IMG/VR virus record: IMGVR_UViG_3300020469_002690
Location: 1 to 47,731 of that record
Source of the DNA: a virus
Lineage: Duplodnaviria; Caudoviricetes
Direction: 5' to 3' (one strand)
Length of the DNA stretch: 47,731 nucleotides
A model generated the notes under the pieces. It saw nothing but the letters and a program-made list of their open reading frames with translations. It had not been told where the DNA came from and searched no databases. The position numbers and the translations under genes were made by a program. Position 1 is the first letter of the stretch; each line of letters starts with the position of its first letter. Of this stretch, positions 18,600 to 28,102 are shown piece by piece.

Positions 18600-19954
18600 T
18601 GTTTAAAATTCTCTAAATAATACCTTAAATCTTCTGGAGTCCCCAAGCCCCACATTTTAGAGGCGGTATGTGTATAGATTTTTTTATTGTCTTGTATGGC
18701 CTGATTAAAAACTGGACAAACATAAAACTCATTGTTAACACGAATATTTTTTTGAATCATTTCTTCTGCATATTTTACGAAATTTTTACCCTTTGACCAG
18801 TAGTAATACCCAACGGTAGCTTGATCACTAATTGGATTTTTTTCTGCAACTTCAGTCACCAAACCATGTTCGTCTGTTTTAGCGAATGACCATTTTGGGT
18901 GTGTTGCTTTGAAAGTAACAATACCACCGTCAGCATCTTTTTCGTTCATCGCATACATAAATTCCATCACATCCCATTCTACATATTGATCAGAATTTGC
19001 GAAGAATAGAGGATTGTCATTATTGATAAACTCTTTAGCCAATAATGCAGTACAAGCCGCACCCTCTGTCATACCGTCAACTTCTACGATTTTACAGTCA
19101 GGCGCAATCAAATTTAACATAGTGTCTAAGTTAAACTCTTCTCTATGTTCTTTTTGTACGACAAAAATATAATTTGCCTCAAGACCCAAATTGTCTACTA
19201 CTGTCTGAATCATAGGTTTTCCATTAACGTCAATGAGTGGTTTTGGAAAACTATATCCAGCTTCTTTAAATCTACTCCCAGCACCAGCCATAGGAATCAA
19301 AACATTTAATTTTTCATTTTTCCATTTTTTTATCATCGGAGCTCCCTCTATTTTAGAAATAATATTATTTATGGTGGTGTCATATGGGTTATCCACTCGT
19401 ATGTAATTAGCTCGAGATCTTTGTGCGGCAAGTAATCCAGCTGGACTGTCTTCTATAATTATTGTCTCTTCGGGAAGAACGCCCATCATAGACATTGCTT
19501 TCCAATAAATTTCAGGGTGAGGTTTAGCGTTTTTCACATCTTCATTAGATAAAATTACTGAACAATGTTGAATCAACTTTGCGCCTGACAAAGAAGTTAG
19601 TACTGTCCTTCTAACAGAATTAGAACATACTCCGATCTTATATCCCAACTCCTCTAGTCGAACGAAAAGTTCGCATATTTCTTTTATCGGTTCTTGTTTT
19701 GAAAACATTTTTCTTGTTAGAACTTGTTTTCTTTCATTTATATTAGAGTGTGACTTAGCATCTAAATCTTTTCTTATTGTTAACATCTCTAATTTTTGGA
19801 ATGTTTTCAATCCATCGTATAATGATAAATGTTCTTTTTCTGATATTTTGTACTTTTCGTCTAGACATTGATTCAATGCTTCGAAATGTATTTTTTTAGC
19901 ATCTATCAGAACTCCATCTAAGTCAAATAAAATTAATTTTATCAATCCGTTCAT
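18596..19954 (-). CDS. HAD phosphatase fused to sugar-phosphate nucleotidyltransferase
   Basis: N-half FDLDGVL, KPHPEIY, IEDS..G; C-half IPMAGAGSRF...PKPLI, EKNPIS, GLGTPEDL. Confidence 0.92.
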   Translation of the reverse strand: MNGLIKLILFDLDGVLIDAKKIHFEALNQCLDEKYKISEKEHLSLYDGLKTFQKLEMLTIRKDLDAKSHSNINERKQVLTRKMFSKQEPIKEICELFVRLEELGYKIGVCSNSVRRTVLTSLSGAKLIQHCSVILSNEDVKNAKPHPEIYWKAMSMMGVLPEETIIIEDSPAGLLAAQRSRANYIRVDNPYDTTINNIISKIEGAPMIKKWKNEKLNVLIPMAGAGSRFKEAGYSFPKPLIDVNGKPMIQTVVDNLGLEANYIFVVQKEHREEFNLDTMLNLIAPDCKIVEVDGMTEGAACTALLAKEFINNDNPLFFANSDQYVEWDVMEFMYAMNEKDADGGIVTFKATHPKWSFAKTDEHGLVTEVAEKNPISDQATVGYYYWSKGKNFVKYAEEMIQKNIRVNNEFYVCPVFNQAIQDNKKIYTHTASKMWGLGTPEDLRYYLENFKQ

Positions 19955-20817
19955 AGTAATTTAACTTCCATAAGTTTATCAAACATTCTTTTACTGGTAT
20001 CTATATTTCTATAAATCGAAACGAGTCCATCTATATTGATATGTCTTCTTTTTCTACAAAGAATTTGGTGCCATCCATATTCAGCTCCATACAACTTTTC
20101 ATTTTTGTAATACTCTTCAATGTTAAATCCAGAAAGATCTTCTTCCTTAAAAATGATACAAAAATCTTTTAAATAATAATCCCACTTACAGGGTTCATAA
20201 TTATTTTTAGAACCGATTTGATCTATAATACAATAATATCCATTATCCACTTGGTTCTTCACAGATTGTCTTTTAGCTCTAACATGTAAATAATAATCAC
20301 TAGATTTTACTGAGACTTTATTTAATATTGATGGATGGTTTGGTATGGTCGCGATGCCTACAACATTTTTTTCTGCTATATCTAAAACATCTTTGAGTGG
20401 AAAGTCTTGATTAAAATATGCGTCCCATCTTGTTCTGATATAAAAATCATATTTTTTAGGAATCATATTGAATTGACGGAAAAGCGATAGGTGTTGAAAA
20501 CAACCGTGCGCTCTCATTTTTTTGGCTGAAGGCGAATTATTTTTTATTCTCGATATACCAGAAAAACTTTTAGGGGGTAGGTCATTATAGGCTTTTAGGT
20601 AGGGATCATAAGTAGCTAGATCTGGTTTGGGCGCCCAATCAATATCCACAAAGGAAGAGATATCTTTAAACACATGTCGATCTTCAGAGTCATCCCAAGT
20701 TTGATAGAAAATATCACAGTCCTTGAAAATCTTCTGAAGTGAAGATAAATTTTGTACTAAAGATTCTCTTCTTAAATATGGATGAAAGTTTCCGCTTATA
20801 AGAACGGCGATTTTCAT
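19951..20817 (-). CDS. Putative glycan biosynthesis protein
   Basis: MKIAVLISG N-terminus and YD..IRTRWD motif, as in WavE-like or glycosyltransferase-like proteins. Confidence 0.55.
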   Translation of the reverse strand: MKIAVLISGNFHPYLRRESLVQNLSSLQKIFKDCDIFYQTWDDSEDRHVFKDISSFVDIDWAPKPDLATYDPYLKAYNDLPPKSFSGISRIKNNSPSAKKMRAHGCFQHLSLFRQFNMIPKKYDFYIRTRWDAYFNQDFPLKDVLDIAEKNVVGIATIPNHPSILNKVSVKSSDYYLHVRAKRQSVKNQVDNGYYCIIDQIGSKNNYEPCKWDYYLKDFCIIFKEEDLSGFNIEEYYKNEKLYGAEYGWHQILCRKRRHINIDGLVSIYRNIDTSKRMFDKLMEVKLL

Positions 20818-20991
20818 TTAAGCTAATAAACCTCTCCGAACTAACTCATTCCTAGCTTTTTGTTTTTTCTTGCCTGGAATGTTATCATTTGTCAATGATT
20901 GTCTTAGTTCTTCTTCTGAGACTTTTGATATGAAATATCGAGTGATATTCTTTTTTCTATCTTTTGTATCTTCTTTCCATTTTATGGGCAT
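20818..20991 (-). CDS. Small basic protein (57 aa, not in ORF track)
   Basis: Hand translation MPIKW...KARNELVRRGLLA*; AGGA RBS; fills the gap exactly. Confidence 0.6.
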   Translation of the reverse strand: MPIKWKEDTKDRKKNITRYFISKVSEEELRQSLTNDNIPGKKKQKARNELVRRGLLA

Positions 20992-21000
20992 AATAAATTC

Positions 21001-21423
21001 CTATTTTTTCATGTTAACAGATAGGTGTCTAGAATGTATCTTACACCCAATAAATTCGTTATAGAATTCTGTAGATTCTAAAACTTCATATTGAAATTGA
21101 TACTTAGCTTCATAATAAGAACAGTCTCCTTTTGATTTACACAAACGAAGTATTTCTCTATCAAAAGCCTCGATACCACTTTCTTCAACCAAGGATTTCA
21201 CTTGTTCACTAGAACCACAATAGTTCATCCAGTCGGAATGAACTTTGGTTCTCACTCTTCTTTTTCTTTTTTTAGTAACAGGCAAAGTTTTAGGTTTCCA
21301 GAAATACTTTTTTCCAATATACTTCCTACCTGTTTCTTTTTCTGTCACCAAATAAACAAACCCGACATGATCATTTAATAGTTCATCATCGGGATTGAAT
21401 TCTTTGTCTTTATATATCCACAT
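21001..21423 (-). CDS. GIY-YIG-like endonuclease domain protein
   Basis: GFVYLVT...KYIGKK, YCGSS, F.REIL, YYEAK, FYN. Confidence 0.75.
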   Translation of the reverse strand: MWIYKDKEFNPDDELLNDHVGFVYLVTEKETGRKYIGKKYFWKPKTLPVTKKRKRRVRTKVHSDWMNYCGSSEQVKSLVEESGIEAFDREILRLCKSKGDCSYYEAKYQFQYEVLESTEFYNEFIGCKIHSRHLSVNMKK

Positions 21424-21447
21424 AATGAATATATATGTAAATTTTAT

Positions 21448-21609
21448 CTATTCCTCAAAATCATCGATTTCTTCGGCGTCCGCGTCTGATCCACACATCG
21501 GACAAAATCTAGGTATCTCATCGTCCGAAGAATTGTGTATAATTTTTACACGTGTATGAATGTTACATATGAGACATTCAATATCCCATATGGTACTATC
21601 GTTAGACAA
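21448..21609 (-). CDS. Small zinc-ribbon protein
   Basis: CLIC...CPMC; start uncertain (TTG 21609 or ATG 21630). Confidence 0.6.
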   Translation of the reverse strand: MSNDSTIWDIECLICNIHTRVKIIHNSSDDEIPRFCPMCGSDADAEEIDDFEE

Positions 21610-23482
21610 TTTCGCAAGCTCCACCAACACACGCTAGTTCTTGAGATCCGATAGTATTATCTTCGTCCTCAAAATCTTTGAGTTCACTTACCCAATTCAC
21701 ATCTTTGGGCATAATTTTTAACATTTCATTATATTGTTTTCTATCTATTTCTTCATACGGCGCTTGTTGATAAACGTGATCGCTGTATGGAAGTAAAGAT
21801 ATTCCTGAACAGATATCAAAGTTTTCCCATATCCATTGTGCGACTTGAAAAAATTCATCGTCAGTGTAATAAATTGTAATACTAGGTTTATGTTCACACC
21901 AAAAGTTTTGATATGCCTTCCAAAGTCTAAGTTGCTCCATTGCGCCTGTTTGTTTTACTGTCACACTGACGTTAGGTGATTTAACTGGAAAACTAAAAAC
22001 TTTAGAACGTGGTGACATCAAATCTTGTTCAACAGGAAAACCGCGATTAGACATAAACACAGAAAGTGGATCTTTTTCGTCAGCCCGAACTCTACGAATA
22101 TAATACTTAGAAAAACGAGGATGGATACCGCTAGCACTATTGACAAGTTGACTAACAGTGCCACTTGGTTTAACACATGTGATAGCCGCTGCTTGATTAA
22201 TCCCAAGTTTTTTTGCCCAGTCTTTATTGGTTTCAATTGCAACATTTTTTAATTCTCCTAACCAATCCTCAGTTTTGTCCGAAACCTTTCCGAGTATAGA
22301 ATGATCCATAATACCAGTTAAACTAACTCCGAGCAAAGCTTCCTCTTCAGTGTTTCTTTTCCATATGTTTCTAAGATATCTAAAGTCTACTAATGTTGCT
22401 TGAAGCGTTCCAATGATTGACGCTACTTCAACCTTTTCTTTTAGATCTTCTAAGGTATCCCCATTTTTAATTACAACTTCCGATAGATTGCAGAATTGAT
22501 TACTTCGCAATATGATTTCACTACATGGATTGGTTCCAAAGTCTTGATTGGAATCTCTTCTCTCATTTCGAGCGGCAATCTTTTGAGCAGCGATTCGACT
22601 GAATATTCCCCTTTCTCCAGCCTTAGACTCATACATATTTTGCATCTCACTAAGAAATGATTCGAAATCTGGTTTTTCGGTATACGCAACGCTATTGTTT
22701 GCGAGTCGTCTTTGACCTTCAGTTCTCCACCAGTCACCAGACTTAGCCTTTGCCATTCTTGGATCAGAAAGATTAGATAGACTTATCAATGCAGAACGTC
22801 TAACACCACCAACCACAACTATGTCAGCGATCTTACAAACAATGTCATGACATTCTATTGAAGTAAGTTTTCTTCCTTTCGCCTTAGTGAATACATTGAC
22901 ACAGAAGTTAAACAAATCATCTAGTGGTTCGGGGCCTGAGGCTCTGCCCCCAAATGTCTTTAATCTCGCACCAGCGGGTCGAATCTTACCTAAATCCCAT
23001 TTTGGTATTTTACCGGCATACAATAAACTAATCAATTCTCGAAATCCAGTAGCCCAACCAATCTTACTATCCGCGACTACTATTTGAGTTTCTGTAGTGT
23101 AAAACTCTTCTGCGACTTCTGGCAGTTTATTAATAAAACTTCTTTCGACACTGAATCCTACTCCTGTACCGCACATAAGGACGTACATGAGTTCGTCAAA
23201 TGATCTTGGAGAATCTATATGAAGATAACTGCAATTGAATCCAGCAACATTATCTCTATCTAAAGCGTCTCCAGCGGTCATTACACATCTCATTGATGGC
23301 ATGACATCTAGATCATATATTGCCTTATATAATCTATTCTCCACATCTTCGTTTATTTGATTTCTATCTTTCCAAAACTTCACATATCTTGATACAGTTT
23401 CGTCCCAACTCTCTCTCCTTTTTTCTTCGGGAAGCCATCTAGCATACCGACTTTTGTGTATAAATTCTTGATACTGATCCAT
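21602..23482 (-). CDS. nrdJ: Class II (adenosylcobalamin-dependent) ribonucleotide reductase, monomeric RTPR-like
   Basis: FNC, GTGVGF, GGVRRSA, TNPCSEI, CNLSE, TCVKPSGT, C-terminal CVGGAC; no small subunit adjacent. Confidence 0.93.
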   Translation of the reverse strand: MDQYQEFIHKSRYARWLPEEKRRESWDETVSRYVKFWKDRNQINEDVENRLYKAIYDLDVMPSMRCVMTAGDALDRDNVAGFNCSYLHIDSPRSFDELMYVLMCGTGVGFSVERSFINKLPEVAEEFYTTETQIVVADSKIGWATGFRELISLLYAGKIPKWDLGKIRPAGARLKTFGGRASGPEPLDDLFNFCVNVFTKAKGRKLTSIECHDIVCKIADIVVVGGVRRSALISLSNLSDPRMAKAKSGDWWRTEGQRRLANNSVAYTEKPDFESFLSEMQNMYESKAGERGIFSRIAAQKIAARNERRDSNQDFGTNPCSEIILRSNQFCNLSEVVIKNGDTLEDLKEKVEVASIIGTLQATLVDFRYLRNIWKRNTEEEALLGVSLTGIMDHSILGKVSDKTEDWLGELKNVAIETNKDWAKKLGINQAAAITCVKPSGTVSQLVNSASGIHPRFSKYYIRRVRADEKDPLSVFMSNRGFPVEQDLMSPRSKVFSFPVKSPNVSVTVKQTGAMEQLRLWKAYQNFWCEHKPSITIYYTDDEFFQVAQWIWENFDICSGISLLPYSDHVYQQAPYEEIDRKQYNEMLKIMPKDVNWVSELKDFEDEDNTIGSQELACVGGACEIV

Positions 23483-23535
23483 CGTTTTTTTCTCTTATAA
23501 TTTTAGTTGTTATTTATTTATGTTTACTAGGTGGT

Positions 23536-23564
23536 ATTATATCACAAAAAGATAACTTTGTAAA
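23536..23564 (-). promoter_or_regulatory. sigma70-type promoter for nrdJ
   Basis: TTTACA-17bp-TATAAT with extended -10. Confidence 0.75.
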
Positions 23565-23565
23565 G

Positions 23566-23757
23566 TTATAATTCGGGTTTTTCTCGTCTGTCTATCATTC
23601 TTTGTAGGATAGGTGGGATATCCTTTCTTTTCTTTTTTCTATCATATTTTTTTCTGACAACTACTGTAGAACTGTCATCTCCCGTTCCCACGACCGAGGC
23701 GGTAGATGTAGAAGCCATTTCTTCAAACTTGTCTTTCCACTGTTTAAATGTTTTCAT
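23566..23757 (-). CDS. Small basic protein with capsid-targeting-like N-terminus
   Basis: MKTFKQWKDKFEE. Confidence 0.65.
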   Translation of the reverse strand: MKTFKQWKDKFEEMASTSTASVVGTGDDSSTVVVRKKYDRKKKRKDIPPILQRMIDRREKPEL

Positions 23758-24341
23758 TCTTCTCTCTCCAAAAGAACCATATGATTAGCTCTGTCAGTTG
23801 CTTCGTAAATATATTCCTTTATTTTATGGTAAGGAAATGTTTTCTTTGATAGAAAGTAATCTATCAGTTGTTTTGGATAAATGTTTTCTTCTTCTGATAA
23901 ACATCTAACATAATCATCGACCAATATATATTTTATTTTTGCTTCATTACAAAGATTTAAATCACTAGACATACCATGAGTACTATGATCACCATCAACA
24001 AAAACTAAATCATATTTTTCTATTTCTTCGGGTTTTAAACGTCTAGAATTTTTTTCAGTAAAAGTAAACCTATTTCCGAATATTTCGGAAAGTTTTTCAA
24101 AGTTTGTCTTGGTGTATTTGTATTGACAAATATCAACGGAATGATATTCTAGATTAGGATTTAATGTCATGAATGTATAAGCACTATGTCCAAAATTAAA
24201 ACCTATTTCTAATATGTTTTTACAATTTGTTATTTCTAATATAGATTTTAGTATAAAACAGGTTGCGGTCTGTGGGACTATATGACCTTCTTTTATATAC
24301 CATCCTTCAGTAAGAAATTTACAGTCCTCTACAAGATTCAT
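23754..24341 (-). CDS. Class I SAM-dependent methyltransferase (Methyltransf_24-like)
   Basis: ILEIGFNFGHSA, DLVFVDGDH, LVDD. Confidence 0.87.
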   Translation of the reverse strand: MNLVEDCKFLTEGWYIKEGHIVPQTATCFILKSILEITNCKNILEIGFNFGHSAYTFMTLNPNLEYHSVDICQYKYTKTNFEKLSEIFGNRFTFTEKNSRRLKPEEIEKYDLVFVDGDHSTHGMSSDLNLCNEAKIKYILVDDYVRCLSEEENIYPKQLIDYFLSKKTFPYHKIKEYIYEATDRANHMVLLEREE

Positions 24342-24937
24342 TTCGTTAATTCGCCTGTAGTTACATATAAAGGTTGTTGAGATTTTAAGTGAACAGCTTC
24401 ATAAATTCTCACGCCCAGTATTTCTCCGCATGGGTGCGATTTTTCTTCAGTTATTCGAAGTTGATCGTTAGAAGAAACTGGTTCGATGTAATTAGATGTG
24501 ACAGAATCATTTTTTATTCTGTAAACTCCAGGCGATAGTTGATGATTTTCCACCACAAACCATTCAGATTGTTCTTGTAAAATGTCAAGAATATCAATGC
24601 CTGTGTCATTGTGTATTTTAGTGATTCCCTTTTGATCAAGATTTCCATGTTCTTTAATAAGATATAATGCGGCCGCGTATGAACCGAGTTTAGATCCGAG
24701 GCCTGGAGCTTTTGCCATGATCTTTTTTATGTTGAAAACGAGTCTATGGAACGGTGTATAATATTCTCTGTACTTTTCCCGATTTTCCATATTGCCCATA
24801 TCAAAATCTTTACGTCTTTTTCCTTTTTCGTCTATAATTCCAGCTTTAAAGGTCTCTGTTTCTTTGATAGGGGTGGTCAATAATTTTAAAAATCTTATTG
24901 TGTACACTAGATCAGCGGCTGATTTTAATATTCCCAT
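24338..24937 (-). CDS. Conserved T4-like hypothetical protein (possibly virion)
   Basis: DLVYTIRFLKLLTTP...GIIDEKG...FHRLVFNIKK...YAAALYLIKE motif recalled from marine T4-like phages. Confidence 0.7.
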   Translation of the reverse strand: MGILKSAADLVYTIRFLKLLTTPIKETETFKAGIIDEKGKRRKDFDMGNMENREKYREYYTPFHRLVFNIKKIMAKAPGLGSKLGSYAAALYLIKEHGNLDQKGITKIHNDTGIDILDILQEQSEWFVVENHQLSPGVYRIKNDSVTSNYIEPVSSNDQLRITEEKSHPCGEILGVRIYEAVHLKSQQPLYVTTGELTK

Positions 24938-25299
24938 TATCTCATATCTCTTAATATTTTTACTACATTTTTGTTCATAGAAATTCCAGTAAGATCGTCA
25001 TTGGTTATAGCTTTTAAGAATATCAAAAATGGTTTTAGTGTCGACCACTGTTCGATACCTTCAATTTTTAATGCAAGCATTTCTATTCCCGCTTCATATC
25101 CAAACACGTTGAATATAACAATAAGATGATTCAAAATTAATCTTTCGGATAACTCTTGAGTCAGTACATATTTATTCAATAAACGCTTAACATATTTAAA
25201 TCTTTTTAGATCAGAGTAAAATTCTTCACTATCTATGCATGTTGGATTATAATAATGTTGTGCTGCGTATAATACTAAATTTTTATTTGTTAATTTCAT
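24937..25299 (-). CDS. Conserved T4-like hypothetical protein
   Basis: YYNP.C...EF..DLKRFKYVKRL...ERLILNH pattern. Confidence 0.75.
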   Translation of the reverse strand: MKLTNKNLVLYAAQHYYNPTCIDSEEFYSDLKRFKYVKRLLNKYVLTQELSERLILNHLIVIFNVFGYEAGIEMLALKIEGIEQWSTLKPFLIFLKAITNDDLTGISMNKNVVKILRDMR

Positions 25300-26155
25300 T
25301 ATCTAAAAACTCTGGTAAAGTCTTATATTTTAAAGGAAGTTCTATATTGAAAACCGCTTTATTAAACGGTTCAAGCCAATCCCAGTCGTCTTGTTTTACA
25401 GTACCATCAAAATCTTGCATATAATGATATGTGGGATTTATTTTTTCCTTATGTCTTACCATATTTAGACCACCATTAAGAGCGATCCTTTTGAGTTTTA
25501 AAAATTGAATAGTGTCTTCCCCCACTATCAGAGAATTATCATAATGCATTAGTTCAGCACATTTTCTTGATATGAATACTATTCTACACATTGACTCGTG
25601 AGATTCACCATATTTATTTACTATGTCATTAAATACTAGTCTATGTTCAGCTATTTTTTCCGCTTCTTCAATATTATAATTTCCAGTTTCTTTTTGTCTA
25701 AAATAATTTATTATATCTTCTTTAGTCATCGTTTGGTGGTCATGACTAGATTTATCAAAAGGGTAATAATGAATATAATGAGAACCTTTTTTTGATTTTT
25801 TAACGGCTCTCTGTCTATATAGAACCAAACATTCAGGCGCATCTTTTCTCATAGATAGTCTTTTGTATAAGTCCACTCCATAAGGAGTTAACATATCATC
25901 CCCATCAATATGAACCATATAATCTTCATCGCTGTTTAAAAACAACTGTAAAACCGAATTTTTACCAGTTGCTGGTGTTCCATCACATTCCGTTACATGA
26001 TATTCTATATCAAATTTAGAACAAAAAGAAACCGCAGTATCAACATAACCCTTATCTAATGAGTTAATGACAACTACGGTCTGGGGCATAGGGAGCAGCA
26101 CAAAATGTCTCTGCAAACACTCTATGTGTTTGGATGTAAGAATATAAAATTTCAC
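25283..26155 (-). CDS. GT-A glycosyltransferase-like protein
   Basis: GKNSVL, IDGDD DxD motif, GED. Confidence 0.6.
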   Translation of the reverse strand: MKFYILTSKHIECLQRHFVLLPMPQTVVVINSLDKGYVDTAVSFCSKFDIEYHVTECDGTPATGKNSVLQLFLNSDEDYMVHIDGDDMLTPYGVDLYKRLSMRKDAPECLVLYRQRAVKKSKKGSHYIHYYPFDKSSHDHQTMTKEDIINYFRQKETGNYNIEEAEKIAEHRLVFNDIVNKYGESHESMCRIVFISRKCAELMHYDNSLIVGEDTIQFLKLKRIALNGGLNMVRHKEKINPTYHYMQDFDGTVKQDDWDWLEPFNKAVFNIELPLKYKTLPEFLDNEINK

Positions 26156-26161
26156 AAGAAA

Positions 26162-26440
26162 TTAATCTAAAACTTCTTTCAAACCACAGTTTTTTAGTGT
26201 GGTTACCATATCTCCTTTCTTGAGATTTTTTACCATATCTATTCCATGATGTCTAGCAAATTCTAACAGTTCCTTTTTACTCATTTTTTCTAGAGGTTTA
26301 TATGAAGGAGCTTCTGTTAGAAACCTAGATTTTAATTTTCCCGTCTCTGGATCAGTTTTCTTAAATATCATAAAATAACCTAAAACACCAATAACTAAAG
26401 CAACTAAAGAACATGCGAACAGGGATATCTCAGTTTCCAT
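26162..26440 (-). CDS. Membrane-anchored Rho_N/HeH-domain protein
   Basis: N-terminal TM helix; LEKMSKKELLEFAR..GI.....KKGDMV..L. Confidence 0.7.
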   Translation of the reverse strand: METEISLFACSLVALVIGVLGYFMIFKKTDPETGKLKSRFLTEAPSYKPLEKMSKKELLEFARHHGIDMVKNLKKGDMVTTLKNCGLKEVLD

Positions 26441-26458
26441 TGTACTATCTCTATTTTT

Positions 26459-27121
26459 TTACTTTTTAACTGGTTTCATGTCCCCAGCTGGATTGTCGGT
26501 AGGTCTTTTCTTTTTAGAAGGCCCACCCTTTCCAGCTTTGACAGCTGTCTCTGCAGCCTTTTCACCATCAGCAACAACTTCTGGTTTGTCAGCGTCATGT
26601 TGCTTAGCGAATTCTTTTGACTTAGGTGATGACTTAGACATCATCTCTTCTGGTTTTGCCGCTGAATCTGGAACTTTTTTCCCTAAAGCTTCTTCGATTT
26701 GTTCCCACATAGCATCAAAAGATTCCTTTATCTTAGAAATTTCTGCTTTTTTATCAGCGGTTTTAGGATTCTTTTTCATATCAGAATCAGACTTAGGTTC
26801 TTTATCAGTCATTACTGGATCTTCATCTTCGTCTTCCAACTCCTTTTCAGTCTTCTCAGACTCCTTTTTCTTGACTTCTTCTTTAGCTGGTTTCTTACCA
26901 CCATCTATAGCATCATCAGTCGCCTTTCTCTTCTTATGAAGATACTCGTCAGATGAATCGACATCACCATCATTATCTATATCCTTATCTTTACGATCTT
27001 TAAACTTTTTGTCGTTCTCTTTATCGTTTACGGGATCTAATTTTTTCTTTTCTTCTAGTGCTTCATCTGAGACCATTTTTTTATATGCCTCTATCGCACC
27101 CATTAGTTTATTATTTGACAT
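26459..27121 (-). CDS. Highly charged low-complexity protein (putative internal head protein)
   Basis: K/E/D-rich; DIDNDGDVDSSD Dx[DN]xDG motif; LEE/IKE/IEE candidate protease sites. Confidence 0.65.
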   Translation of the reverse strand: MSNNKLMGAIEAYKKMVSDEALEEKKKLDPVNDKENDKKFKDRKDKDIDNDGDVDSSDEYLHKKRKATDDAIDGGKKPAKEEVKKKESEKTEKELEDEDEDPVMTDKEPKSDSDMKKNPKTADKKAEISKIKESFDAMWEQIEEALGKKVPDSAAKPEEMMSKSSPKSKEFAKQHDADKPEVVADGEKAAETAVKAGKGGPSKKKRPTDNPAGDMKPVKK

Positions 27122-27135
27122 TTTTATAGTCTCTC

Positions 27136-27450
27136 TTAGTTAATATTCATAGTTAATATTTTAAACATAGTACCTATGGCGGCAGTTGCAGTAATATACA
27201 TTACCCCATATAGGATTTTAACGGCACGATGAGCTTCATCAGCCTTACTTTCTAGGTTATCAATTTTCTCTGACAATCTATTAATTCTTTTATATTGGTT
27301 TTGATGCGCTGTTTCTATTGCGATGAGTTTTTCCTCTGCTCGTGCAATGGATATCATTGCTTCTGAAAGTTTATCAATTTTCTCTTCGATTCGTGTTAAA
27401 CGATCATCTACCCATTTTTCTTGTGGATCTGCCATTTCGGACTTTCCCAT
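27136..27450 (-). CDS. Coiled-coil protein with C-terminal TM helix
   Basis: RLTRIEEKIDKL heptads; first gene after a late promoter. Confidence 0.7.
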   Translation of the reverse strand: MGKSEMADPQEKWVDDRLTRIEEKIDKLSEAMISIARAEEKLIAIETAHQNQYKRINRLSEKIDNLESKADEAHRAVKILYGVMYITATAAIGTMFKILTMNIN

Positions 27451-27472
27451 TGTAAAATTAAATTTATTACTC

Positions 27473-27480
27473 TATTTATA
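27473..27480 (-). promoter_or_regulatory. Late promoter
   Basis: Exact intergenic TATAAATA. Confidence 0.85.
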
Positions 27481-27483
27481 AAA

Positions 27484-27744
27484 TTAGAGGCCTGCTTTAT
27501 TTGCGATACCAACTAAAACTTTGGTATCTATATTATATTGATTTGCTATATCACTAGCATAATATGCAAGACCATGACGGCCTGGGTTCTCTTTTTGTTT
27601 CCTAGTCCAGAGATTTTTCAGAACTTTAAGTGCGGCATTATACTTTTTTTTCTGAACCGTATTTGCCATCACTCTTTTTATCAGTTTGCCTGTAGGTGCC
27701 TCAGACACCGTTCCAGATTCTTTATATTTTTTAAAAGATTGCAT
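27484..27744 (-). CDS. Basic protein with capsid-targeting-like N-terminus
   Basis: MQSFKKYKE...VSE. Confidence 0.65.
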   Translation of the reverse strand: MQSFKKYKESGTVSEAPTGKLIKRVMANTVQKKKYNAALKVLKNLWTRKQKENPGRHGLAYYASDIANQYNIDTKVLVGIANKAGL

Positions 27745-28100
27745 CAGTTTTCAACCTTCGCACCAGCTCTCCACTGTCTACAACTCCAATACCTCGCCTT
27801 CCACTTTGGGCCTGGGTTGTCACAGTTATGTCTAGCGCGAAAACTTTTTCTTCTCGCTGGATCGTCTCTCTTGATCTCCATATTAGGATCACCGAAAGAG
27901 ACTTTTACCACATTTCCTTTGTCGTTTTTTACGTATACGTAGAACTTTTTAGTTCCACCTCTCTGAATCTTATTGAGTTTTACGTTTTCTTTTTTACCAT
28001 CTTCTGAAACGTAAACGGCATCTTCTATGACGAGTTCTTCGTCTAATGAAGAACAATCGTCACAACATGATTCAGATATAAATTGTGAAAATCTTTTCAT
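27744..28100 (-). CDS. Conserved phage protein (DUF6321-like) with capsid-targeting-like N-terminus
   Basis: MKRFSQFISE; VSFGD...RRKSFRARHNC...ARYWSC. Confidence 0.7.
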   Translation of the reverse strand: MKRFSQFISESCCDDCSSLDEELVIEDAVYVSEDGKKENVKLNKIQRGGTKKFYVYVKNDKGNVVKVSFGDPNMEIKRDDPARRKSFRARHNCDNPGPKWKARYWSCRQWRAGAKVEN

Positions 28101-28102
28101 GA

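Noticed and set aside
21001-21423. GIY-YIG gene near nrdJ as a homing endonuclease or intron
   Set aside because: nrdJ is uninterrupted, and the ORF is catalytic-domain sized with no DNA-binding extension
23530-23546. CRP site (given the phage cyclase) or NrdR box at the nrdJ promoter
   Set aside because: TGTGA is present, but the half-site spacing is 7 rather than 6, the second half is poor, and it does not fit the NrdR consensus
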